From an uncultured Chloroflexia bacterium (lineage in GTDB: Bacteria; Chloroflexota; Dehalococcoidia; DSTF01; JALHUB01), in contig OY969814.1 in the NCBI GenBank assembly GCA_963703345.1, positions 416,001 through 480,000 on the forward strand: a stretch of 64,000 nucleotides of DNA. The letters run 5' to 3'. The notes under the pieces are model-generated. The model was not told the origin of the DNA. It ran no database searches and saw only the letters and a list, made by a program, of their open reading frames with translations. A program made the position numbers and the translations under genes. Position 1 is the stretch's first letter. The number at the start of each line of letters is the position of its first letter. Of the stretch, positions 1 to 9,200 are shown in pieces.

Positions 1-492
1 GAGCGCGTGCTGGCGGAGGTGCTGCCGCAGGACAAGGTTCAACAAGTGCGCCTTCTCCAGGCGGAAGGGAAGACGGTGGCCATGGTCGGCGACGGCATTA
101 ACGACGCGCCGGCGCTCGCTCAGGCGGACATCGGCATCGCCATCGGCACGGGCACCGACGTGGCGATGGAGGCCTCAGACATCACGCTCATCCGCGGCGA
201 CCTCGACGGTGTGGCGACGGCCATCGCCCTCAGCCGGCGCACGATGGGGACGATTCGACAGAACCTGTTCTGGGCTTTCGCGTACAACGTCGCGCTCATC
301 CCGATCGCGGCGGGCGTCCTCTATCCGCTGTTCTCGCAGACCGGCGTTCCGGCTGTGCTGGAGCCGTTCTTCGGGACGCACGGCTTCCTCAACCCGATGC
401 TGGCGGCCGCCGCGATGGCATTCAGCTCTGTCTCCGTCATGACGAACTCGCTGCGACTGCGGGGCTTTCGGCCCGAGCCGACGAAGAGATAG
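1..492 (+). CDS. copA: Heavy-metal (Cu+) P1B-type ATPase, C-terminal part (5' truncated by window)
   Basis: [16 protein letters not shown] hinge motif; YN and MAFSS transmembrane motifs typical of P1B-1 ATPases. Confidence 0.9.
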   Translation, partial: ERVLAEVLPQDKVQQVRLLQAEGKTVAMVGDGINDAPALAQADIGIAIGTGTDVAMEASDITLIRGDLDGVATAIALSRRTMGTIRQNLFWAFAYNVALIPIAAGVLYPLFSQTGVPAVLEPFFGTHGFLNPMLAAAAMAFSSVSVMTNSLRLRGFRPEPTKR

Positions 493-519
493 ACTTAAGA
501 CGGTGCTCTACTCATTTGG

Positions 520-544
520 CGGGAGGACTGAAGTCCTCCCCCAC
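520..544 (-). repeat. REP-like palindrome (GTRG + hairpin family)
   Basis: Minus strand GTGG-GGGAGGAC-TTCA-GTCCTCCC; same architecture as copies at 52885, 52937 and 63684. Confidence 0.6.
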
Positions 545-588
545 GTTCGCGCACCCAGCGGTCTGGCTCTTGTCCCGCGAGGAATCCG

Positions 589-1989
589 ATGGCAAGAATA
601 CGGTTGACGGCGGCGATAGCGGCCGGCAAGCTGGCCGGCATTGCCAGTCGCGCGTTCGGACGCGGCGGCGGCACGGCGCTTCCCGGCGTCCTCGCTGAGA
701 GGATAAATCCCCGCCTCGTCGAACGACTGGCGGCGCAGCTTGGCCACGGCTCCGTCATGGTCACCGGCACCAACGGCAAGACCACTACGGCCCACATGCT
801 GAGCAGCGTCGCCGCGAAGGCCGGCTACCTGCCGCTCCACAATCGCAGCGGCTCCAACCTGATGCGCGGCGTCGCTACCGCCCTCCTAGACAAGGCTGGC
901 CCCCTCGGCAGGCTGTCGCAGGCGGAGCGCCGGCTCGGCATCTTCGAAGTCGACGAAGCTACGCTGCCGGAGGCCGTGGCCGCCGTCAGGCCGCGCGTCC
1001 TCATCTTCACCAACCTTTTCCGCGACCAGCTCGACCGCTACGGCGAGGTCGATTCGATTGCTGCGCGTTGGCGGGACGCGCTGCGAGCGGCGCCCGAGTC
1101 AACGACGGTGGTGCTGAACGCGGATGACCCGTCGGTTGCCGCGCTCGAAGCTTCCGCCCATGGCCATGTGGTCTCCTACGGCATCGATGACCGCGCGCCC
1201 GCTCTTGCCGCGCCCGAGCACGCCGCCGACTCACGCTGGTGCCCTGATTGCGGCGGCGAATACCGCTACGATCTGCTTTTCTATGGCCACGTCGGACACT
1301 GGCGCTGCCCGGGCTGCGACAAGCGTCGTCGCGAGCCGGATGTACGCGCAACGAACGTCCGCCTGGAGGCTGGCGCGACGCGTCTGAGCGTCGCGACGCC
1401 GCGGGGCAACGTCGGGCTGTCGCTGCGTCTCAGCGGCCTCTACAACGCCTACAACGCCCTCGCCGCTCTCGCCGGCGGCCTGGCCCTGGGAATCGACCCG
1501 GCGGTTGTGTGCGAGGGCATCGAGGCGGTCGCCGCGGCCTTCGGACGCCAGGAGCGCTTCCAGATCGACGGTCGGCGGGTGCAGGTCTTCCTGGGGAAGA
1601 ATCCCGCCGGCCTCAACCAGGTGCTGCGGACCATCGCCGCGCTCCCCGGCGAGAAGCGACTGCTCCTTCTCCTCAACGACGACATAGCGGACGGGCGCGA
1701 CGTCTCCTGGATCTGGGACGCCGATTTCGAACTGCTGGCCGGCAAAGCGGTTTGGACGGCGGCGTCGGGGCGGCGCGCCGAGGACATAGCGCTGCGACTG
1801 AAGTACGCGGGCTTCCCGCCGGACCTGCCGGTCGTCGGCAGCGCGGAGGAGGCGCTCAAGCTGGCCCTTCGCAATACGCCCGCTGGCGGCGATCTCTACG
1901 TCCTGCCCACCTACACGGCCATGCTGGAAGTGCGCGCGCTGCTGGCCAAGCGCGGCGGCGTAGCGCCCTACTGGGAGGAGCAACCGTGA
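589..1989 (+). CDS. murT: Lipid II isoglutaminyl synthase subunit MurT (Mur ligase + DUF1727)
   Basis: GTNGKTT P-loop, NLFRDQLDRYGE, CPDC/CPGC zinc finger, KNPAG, DGRDVSWIWD, PTYTAML; GAGGA RBS. Confidence 0.95.
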   Translation: MARIRLTAAIAAGKLAGIASRAFGRGGGTALPGVLAERINPRLVERLAAQLGHGSVMVTGTNGKTTTAHMLSSVAAKAGYLPLHNRSGSNLMRGVATALLDKAGPLGRLSQAERRLGIFEVDEATLPEAVAAVRPRVLIFTNLFRDQLDRYGEVDSIAARWRDALRAAPESTTVVLNADDPSVAALEASAHGHVVSYGIDDRAPALAAPEHAADSRWCPDCGGEYRYDLLFYGHVGHWRCPGCDKRRREPDVRATNVRLEAGATRLSVATPRGNVGLSLRLSGLYNAYNALAALAGGLALGIDPAVVCEGIEAVAAAFGRQERFQIDGRRVQVFLGKNPAGLNQVLRTIAALPGEKRLLLLLNDDIADGRDVSWIWDADFELLAGKAVWTAASGRRAEDIALRLKYAGFPPDLPVVGSAEEALKLALRNTPAGGDLYVLPTYTAMLEVRALLAKRGGVAPYWEEQP

Positions 1990-2723
1990 ACCTCTCGCTT
2001 CGGCTGGCCCATCTCTACCCCAAGCTCATGAACCTCTACGGCGACCGCGGCAACATCATCTGCCTGCGCTGTCGCTGCCGGGCGCGGGGGATCGAGCTCC
2101 TGGTCGACGAACTGGACATCGGCGACGCGCTCGACCCGAAAGGTTGCGACCTAATCTTCATGGGCGGCGGCCAGGACCGCGAGCAGCGTCGGATCGTGCG
2201 GGACCTGCTCGACGTGAAGGGAGAGTCGGTCCGGCAGGCCGCCGAAGAGGGCGTGACGGCGCTGGCCGTCTGCGGCGGCTATCAATTGTTCGCCCGCTAC
2301 TACCGGCCGGCCGTCGGCGATGACCTGCCCGGGCTCGGAATCTTCGATGCTCATACGGAGCATCCGGGCGAGAACGTGGCGCGTTGCATCGGCAACGTCG
2401 TCGCGGAGTGGGAAGGGGACACGCTTGTCGGCTTCGAGAACCACGGCGGCCGCACCTTCCTCGGCCCGAAGGCGCGCCCTTTAGCTATGGTCCGCTCCGG
2501 CTACGGCAACAACGGCTTCGACAAGACCGAGGGCGCGGTGCACAAGAACGCCTACGGCACGTACCTACACGGCTCGCTCCTTCCCAAGAACCCGCGTTTC
2601 GCCGACCATCTGCTGCGCCTCGCCCTGCGCCGTCGCTACGGGGAAGAGGTCGATCTGGCGCCGCTGGACGATTCCCTCGAGCAGGCGGCGCACGAAGCGG
2701 CAATTCGCGTCGCTTCCCACTGA
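1986..2723 (+). CDS. gatD: GatD/CobQ-like glutamine amidotransferase
   Basis: GTGA overlap with murT stop; MNLYGDRGN, CGGYQ, GFENHGG, YLHGSLLPKN (3' part of ORF 1248..2723). Confidence 0.95.
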   Translation: MNLSLRLAHLYPKLMNLYGDRGNIICLRCRCRARGIELLVDELDIGDALDPKGCDLIFMGGGQDREQRRIVRDLLDVKGESVRQAAEEGVTALAVCGGYQLFARYYRPAVGDDLPGLGIFDAHTEHPGENVARCIGNVVAEWEGDTLVGFENHGGRTFLGPKARPLAMVRSGYGNNGFDKTEGAVHKNAYGTYLHGSLLPKNPRFADHLLRLALRRRYGEEVDLAPLDDSLEQAAHEAAIRVASH

Positions 2724-2810
2724 CGGCGACTGTTTGCGTTGGGTTGCCACACTCGCTAGAGGGCGGTTATCCTTGAAGCTGGTCCGAGCACTATCGAGGA
2801 GGAAGGCGTT

Positions 2811-3524
2811 CTGACACGCGCGGCGGCGGCACTCATTGCAATCACCTCGCTATTCGGTCTTGCGTTCGTTGCCTGCGGGGGCGGCAGTTCGAACGCCACT
2901 CCGACGCAGGTGCTAATAATAGTCACCCGCTCTCCTTCTCCTTCGCCCGGCCCGCCTGACCTGACCGGCTTCGCCTTCCCTCTCGCGGGCGGCTGCCTCC
3001 CTCAGGGCGATCAGCTTATGCCGGGCGCGCCGCGTGAGTACCGTCAGGGAACGCATGAGGGCATCGACTTCTACGATTCGGACAATTGCACCTCGATTGG
3101 CGTAGGTACCCCGGTTCTGGCGGCCAAGGCGGGGACGGTGATAAGGGCCGACTGGGACTACACGCCGCTTACCCAGGCAGTGCTCGATGAGTTGCAGAAC
3201 CAGACTCCCGTTAACGGCCAGACGGACGAGCACTCGCTTGACCTCTATCGCGGCCGGCAGGTCTGGATCGACCACGGCAACGGCGTCGTCACCCGCTATG
3301 CGCACCTGAGCCGCATTGCCGATGGCATCAACGTGGGGGTTTCCGTAAGCCAAGGCCAACTGATAGCATATGTTGGGAACACCGGTACGCCGGAGTCGGT
3401 TGCCGATCCGAGCGCCGAGATGCACCTGCATTTCGAGCTTCGCGTCGGCGACATCTACCTTGGAAAGGGCCTGTCCCCTTCGGAGGTAAGATCGTTGTAT
3501 GAGAAGGCTTTCGGCCTTAAGTAA
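2811..3524 (+). CDS. M23 family metallopeptidase, predicted lipoprotein (CTG start proposed)
   Basis: HEGID, YAHL and HLH motifs; in-frame upstream extension LTRAAAALIAITSLFGLAFVA-C carries a lipobox; GGAGG at 2798-2802. Confidence 0.85.
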   Translation: MTRAAAALIAITSLFGLAFVACGGGSSNATPTQVLIIVTRSPSPSPGPPDLTGFAFPLAGGCLPQGDQLMPGAPREYRQGTHEGIDFYDSDNCTSIGVGTPVLAAKAGTVIRADWDYTPLTQAVLDELQNQTPVNGQTDEHSLDLYRGRQVWIDHGNGVVTRYAHLSRIADGINVGVSVSQGQLIAYVGNTGTPESVADPSAEMHLHFELRVGDIYLGKGLSPSEVRSLYEKAFGLK

Positions 3525-3530
3525 CCTGGT

Positions 3531-4385
3531 ATGGCAGAGGGGCTGCTAATGAATGACCTGCTATTGACCATCAAGATGGGCATCAACCCGGAGATCGGCC
3601 ACCTGGGCGGCCTTCTCCTGACCTGGCACGGCATTTTCATCGCTTTGGGCATCGGCCTGGGCGTATGGCTCGGCGTCTGGTTCGGGCGCAAGGCGGGCTT
3701 CACGGAGGACGACGCCTACACGATAGCCCTTATCGGCGTGCCTGCGGGCATCATCGGCGCCCGCGTCCTCTTCGTGCTGGAGAACCGCAGCGACTTCGCG
3801 AACGCGCCGCTCGATGTCTTCCGCATCAATCAGGGCGGCATTTCCTTGTACGGCGCGCTCATCGGCGGCGTCGGAGTTTGCCTCCTGTACGGCCTCTGGA
3901 AGAAGCTGCCCTTGCTTCGTGGCATGGACGCCGCCGCCTTCGGCATGATCCTTGGTCAGGGGATCGGACGCATCGGCTGTCTGGTCGCGGGCGACATCAT
4001 CGCCAAGTCGAGCTCGTTGCCCTTTGCCGTCGAGTACACGAACATCAACAGCCCGAGCTTCGCCTTGCGGCCGATGCAGTTCGTCACCGCCTACGAGGTG
4101 CTGGGCGACTTCATTATCCTGGGACTGCTGGTAGCGCTCTGGAAGTTCCGCGTCTTCAAGCGCGACGGCTTTCTTTTCTTCACTTACGCCGCGGCCTACT
4201 CGGCCATGCGATTTGGCATTAGCTTCATGCGCCTGGACAAAGAGGTCTATCTTGGTCTACGCATGGCCCAGTGGCTGGCCCTGGGCGTGATCGGCGTGTC
4301 GATCATTGCCTTCGCCCTGCTTCTCCTGCGCGGCGTCCGCGCGGCGCGACAGGCCGTTCCCGTGGAGCCGGCTGTCTCCGGCTAA
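3531..4385 (+). CDS. lgt: Prolipoprotein diacylglyceryl transferase
   Basis: GIIGARV, GGISLYG, GQGIGRIGC, YSAMRF motifs; multiple TM helices. Confidence 0.85.
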   Translation: MAEGLLMNDLLLTIKMGINPEIGHLGGLLLTWHGIFIALGIGLGVWLGVWFGRKAGFTEDDAYTIALIGVPAGIIGARVLFVLENRSDFANAPLDVFRINQGGISLYGALIGGVGVCLLYGLWKKLPLLRGMDAAAFGMILGQGIGRIGCLVAGDIIAKSSSLPFAVEYTNINSPSFALRPMQFVTAYEVLGDFIILGLLVALWKFRVFKRDGFLFFTYAAAYSAMRFGISFMRLDKEVYLGLRMAQWLALGVIGVSIIAFALLLLRGVRAARQAVPVEPAVSG

Positions 4386-4461
4386 CGAAGCGGCGCCCGC
4401 CGCGGCGCAAGGCGACGATTCCGGGCGGCACCGGACCGGCGATTGCTAGACGGGGGTTCTC

Positions 4462-5355
4462 TTGCCCGGGGAAGCGAAGGCCCTGCTGGCTGCTGCGCTC
4501 TGGGCAACCTGCGGCATCGTGTTTGCCGCCCAGGTCCGCCGCCTTGGCCCGGTAGCGCTCAACGTCATACGATGCTCGGCGGCCGTCCTCTTCATCTGCC
4601 TTCTTGCGCCTTTCATGGGCGCGGGCGACGAGTTGCGCCATGTCTCCGCTGCGACCGTCGTTGCCATGATAGGCACCGGCATCCTGGCGACAGGCCTCGG
4701 CGACAGTCTCTTCTTCGTAAGCCTGCCGACGCTCGGCGCCTCCCTGGCGGTGCCCGTCTCCAGCAGCGCCTATCCGTTGCTCACCCTCTTCATCGCGGCA
4801 GTCTGGCTCGGTGAGAGCGTCACTATCGCAGTCGTGGCCGGGAGTGTGCTCATCGTCCTTGGCATCTTTCTCTTGCTCTGGCGGACGGAGCCGGTGGTGA
4901 CCCCCTCCGTCGATGTCCAGCAACCAAGCGGGGTTGGCGTTCGCGCCGCGGTCCTGTTGCTGATGGTCGCCACCGTCTTCTGGACGGCCTCGACCCTCTG
5001 GTTAAGAGCAGGCACGGGGAACCTGGGGCCAGCCTCCGCGGGACTTCTGCGTACCGGCGCCGCGGGCGCATTCCTGCTGGCGGCGCTTCGCCCGCTGGAA
5101 GGAAAACGCGCGTCCCGATTCGACGTTGGCAGCGCGATCTGGGTGGCAGTCGCCGGCATCATAGGCCTCGGCCTGGGCAGCCTCTTCTACATCGCCGCCG
5201 TCGAAGAAGCGGGCGCCGGCAAGACAGCGGTCCTTACTTCCACCATGCCGCTTTTCAACCTGCCGCTCGTCGTCCTGTTCCTGAAGGAGCGCGTCACTCC
5301 CAGAATCGTCTTCGGCACCATCACCTGTGTCGCCGGCATATCACTTATCATATGA
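4462..5355 (+). CDS. DMT/EamA family transporter
   Basis: About 10 hydrophobic helices in two repeats ending WLGESVT and FLKERVT. Confidence 0.85.
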   Translation: MPGEAKALLAAALWATCGIVFAAQVRRLGPVALNVIRCSAAVLFICLLAPFMGAGDELRHVSAATVVAMIGTGILATGLGDSLFFVSLPTLGASLAVPVSSSAYPLLTLFIAAVWLGESVTIAVVAGSVLIVLGIFLLLWRTEPVVTPSVDVQQPSGVGVRAAVLLLMVATVFWTASTLWLRAGTGNLGPASAGLLRTGAAGAFLLAALRPLEGKRASRFDVGSAIWVAVAGIIGLGLGSLFYIAAVEEAGAGKTAVLTSTMPLFNLPLVVLFLKERVTPRIVFGTITCVAGISLII

Positions 5356-6197
5356 GCGATCAACGGAACTGGAGTGGCATGAACAGGGCGCGAATCGGGC
5401 TGGCGTTGGGAGCCGGCGGTACGAAGGGCACCGCCCACGTCGGCGTGCTCAAGGTGCTCGACGAAGCCGGCGTGCCCGTCAACCTCATCGCCGGATCAAG
5501 CATCGGCGCGGCCTACGGCGCTGCTTACGCCGCTGGAGCCTCCACCGCCTCCATGGCCGAGGACGTCTCGCGCGTTTCTCCCGCTGACGTCTTCGCCTTC
5601 TTCCGGCACCACCTGAAGCTCTCCCCGAATGACGCCATCGGCCGCGCCTTCTTCGAGCGCTTGGACGGCCTCTCCTTCGCTGATCTGAGCGTCCCGTTTG
5701 CCGCCGTCACTTCCGACCTGTTCCAGCGGCGTCCCGTCGTTGTCCGCAGGGGGCCGCTGCTGAGGGCGGTGGAGGCGAGCATAGCGGTGCCGCTGATGGC
5801 CGCGCCGGTGAGGTATGCCGGACGCTATCTTGTCAACGGCGGCTTCTGGGAGCAGGCGCCGGCTCGGGTCGTCGCCCGGATGGGGGCAGAGAGAACCATT
5901 CAGGTCGTGCTGGGCGATTCGATTGCGATCCCACGTCGCTTCTGGCCGCTGACGCGACGCCTGGTGCGCGCTCTCGACGGTCCCGCGCGCCGCTCCGGGC
6001 CTAGCCTGGTGGCCTCGGCGCTGTTCTTGCTCTACACGCTCACTTACGTGCCGGCGCCGTCTCAAGCGGACGTGACAATTCGTCCGGACGTGGTGAGCAT
6101 CAGCGCCAACTCGCCGTTCCACATAGCGGTGGCGATGCAGCGAGGCGAACAGGCGGCGCGCGCAGCTCTGCCGCAAATTGAAGCGTTGTTGGCGTAA
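5352..6197 (+). CDS. Patatin-like phospholipase family protein (DGG motif reads NGG)
   Basis: GAGGTKG oxyanion loop, GSSIG nucleophile elbow, ASIAVP, LVNGG. Confidence 0.85.
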   Translation: MSDQRNWSGMNRARIGLALGAGGTKGTAHVGVLKVLDEAGVPVNLIAGSSIGAAYGAAYAAGASTASMAEDVSRVSPADVFAFFRHHLKLSPNDAIGRAFFERLDGLSFADLSVPFAAVTSDLFQRRPVVVRRGPLLRAVEASIAVPLMAAPVRYAGRYLVNGGFWEQAPARVVARMGAERTIQVVLGDSIAIPRRFWPLTRRLVRALDGPARRSGPSLVASALFLLYTLTYVPAPSQADVTIRPDVVSISANSPFHIAVAMQRGEQAARAALPQIEALLA

Positions 6198-6213
6198 ACA
6201 GGGGGCTTGAAGG

Positions 6214-9200
6214 CTAGGCGGCTTTCTTCTGCGGCTTGTGCATGACGCGCAAGTTCTTGAGGAAGGCATCCACGATGCCGGGGTCGAATTGAGTGCCGGC
6301 GCCATTCCGCAGCTCTTTGATCGCCTCTTTCTGTGATAGCGCCTTTCGGTAAGGCCGGTCCAGCGTCATCGCGGAGTAGGCGTCGACGACGGCGAGGATG
6401 CGCCCCAGCAACGGTATCTCGTCGCCCTTGAGCCCGCGCGGATAGCCCTTGCCGTCGATGCGTTCGTGGTGCGTCGCCACCGGCTCGATGGCGTCGGAGA
6501 TCTGGGCGATTCCCCTCACGATCATCTCGCCGAAGCGAACGTGCTGTTGCATGACCTGCCACTCGGCGCTGTCCAGGGGCCCGGGCTTGAGTAGCGTCTG
6601 GTCCGGAATCGCGATCTTGCCGACGTCGTGCAGAAGGGCCGCCTTACGCAAAGACTCCGTGTCCTCAGCGTTAAGGTTCAAGGTTCCCGCCACCATGTCA
6701 ACGTAGCGGACGTTGTCTTCGCAGTGTCGCCTGGTATAGGGGTCCTTGTGAGCTATGGCGTTGAGCAGCCCCTGGAGGAGACCGAAGCCCAAACTCTGCG
6801 ACGGCGTGGCGCCAAACGCCGATGCCGCCATCGCCCGGCTGCCACCCAGGCGCTTTGCGTCGTAAAGAGCGCCGTCGGCGAGCATGATGAGCTCGTCGAG
6901 CCTGGTACTGTCGTGCGGATAGCAGGCGATGCCGATGCTCATTCCAATAGTGACGGATGAAGTCTCCGAATCACCGATGACGAAGGGCGTATCCGACAGA
7001 TTAGTGGTTATGCGATGCGCGACCTCTTCCGCGGCCTCACGCATCGTATCCGGCAGGACGACCAAGAACTCGTCACCACCGTAGCGCCCGACGATGTCCG
7101 TTCCTCGTACTGTTTCCCGCAGTCTCTTGCTAATAAACCGCAGCGCCTCGTCGCCGTGGAGGTGGCCGTACGTGTCGTTGATGTCCTTGAACTTGTCTAC
7201 GTCCGTCATCATCACGGCGAACACCGAACTACTGCGTTCGGCGCGCGCGAACTCCTCTTCCAGCCGCTTGTGGATGTGCCGGTGGTTGAAGAGACCGGTC
7301 AGATGGTCGGTTATCGCCTGCTCCTGGAGCTGCTCGTGGAGGCGGGCGTTCTCGATGACCACGGCGGCCTGGCGGGCTATCGCCGCGAGAGTCTCGGTCT
7401 CCTCCTTGGGGAACTGGACCTTCTGGCGGAAAGCATCGACGCTCATGAGGCCGATGGTCCTGTCCTTGATCCGCAGGGGGTAGTGCACGATCGACTTAAC
7501 CTGGAAGGCATCGAGCCACCACTTTGGTACGAGCGACGACGTCAACGCGTCTTCGATGATTAGGGGCTCCTCCATTTCCGACAGCCTGCCGTAGAATTGC
7601 CGCAGGTCCGCAGAGGTTGCAGCTGCTCCGGCAAGGGCCTGGGAATTGCGGAAGCGCTCCCATGCCTCGGGATCTTCGACGCCCAGCGACATCTTGGGCG
7701 CCAGGCGCCCGTTTTCGTCCATCATGAATATGCTGCAGCGGTCGGCGACGCTCATGTCCACCGCCGTCTGGCATATCTTGACCAGCACCTTGTTCAAACC
7801 GAGGTTCGACGCGGCAGTCGTAAGCACATCAACCAGGGCCTCAGACCGCCGCCGCTGCTCCTGCTCCCTCTCGTAGACGCGGGCGTTCTCGATGACTACT
7901 GCGGCCTGCTTGGCGATGGCCGCCAGGGTATCGATTTCCCCCTTCGGAAAGTGCACCTGGTGGCGGAAGGCGTCCACCGTCATCATGCCGATGGTCTGGT
8001 CCTTCACCCTCAACGGGTATTGGGCGATCGACTTGATATCAAAGGTGTCGAGCCACCATTTCTCCAGCACCGGCGACAAGCTCGCGTCATCCCAGACGAT
8101 CGGCTCTTCCATCGTCATGACCGACTGGAACAGCTTCATCGACTCCGGCGCAAACTCGAATCCGGGACGCGGGTTGCGGAATCTCTTCCACAGCTCGGGG
8201 TCTTCGAGACCCAGCGACATAACGGGCTCCAGGTGCGAGCCGTCTTCGGCCATTAGGAAGATGCTGACGCGGTCGGCGACGCTGATGTCAACGACCGACT
8301 GACACAGCTTCGCCAGCACGGGCTTGAGGCTGAGCGTTGAAGCCGCGGCTGTCAAGACGTTCACGAGGGCCTCGGCGCGCTGCTGCTGTTGCTGCTGCTG
8401 CTCGTATAGCCGCACGTTCTCGATGATGACCGCCGCCTGCCTGGCGATTGCCGTCAGCGTCTCGACCTCGTCTTTGGGGAACTTCCGCTCACTGCCCATA
8501 GCTCCCACCATCATCATGCCGATGGTCCTGCCTTTGACGTTGAGGGGGTAGTAGACGATGGTCTTCACATCGAAGCTCTCCGCCCACCATCTGTGGAGGT
8601 AGGGGGAGGAAGAAACGTCCTCTACGATGACAGGCTTTCGCCGGCGGGCAAGAAGCTGATTGCAGCGACGCGCTTCGGGGCTCGCCATCACTTCGAGAGG
8701 AGGATTCAAGAACCGCTCTGCCGCCTCCGGATCGCCGTGATTCACGGTCGCCACGGGGCGGTCTCTGTCGAAGAGGAAGATCGAGACATTATCTCCAACG
8801 GTCAGTTCGAACGTCGCCTCACAGATTTTCGTACATGTTTCATTGACGCCGAGACTCGAAGAGGCGGCCGCAAGAACCTTCGTCAGCGTCTCACTGCGTT
8901 GGCGCTGCCTTTGTTCCCGCTCATAGAGACGCGTATTCTCGATGAGGACGGCGGCCTGCTTGGCAACGGCCGTCAGCATCTCTATTTCCGCCTGCGGGAA
9001 CTTCCGCTCCTCACCCATGGCCGCGGCGCATATGAAGCCGATGACCCTGCCCTTGACTCTCAGCGGGTAGTAGGCAAGCGACTTCAGCTTGAAGCTATCC
9101 ACCCACCATTTAATCGTATACGGAGAGGCAGCGACATCCTCAACAACCACGGGCGTCCGCCTCTTGGCCAGGGCGCGACTGAAGAGCCGCATGTCGGAGC

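Noticed and set aside
1248-1985. Long N-terminal extensions of ORFs 1248..2723, 22806..25475, 37821..39197, 43145..45484 and 55804..57033
   Set aside because: They are alternative-frame overlaps with the upstream gene; real starts are at coupled GTG/ATG codons
8381-8401. CAG-type run as a contingency repeat
   Set aside because: It is in frame, interrupted, and matches the Q/R-rich linkers between the other GAF units
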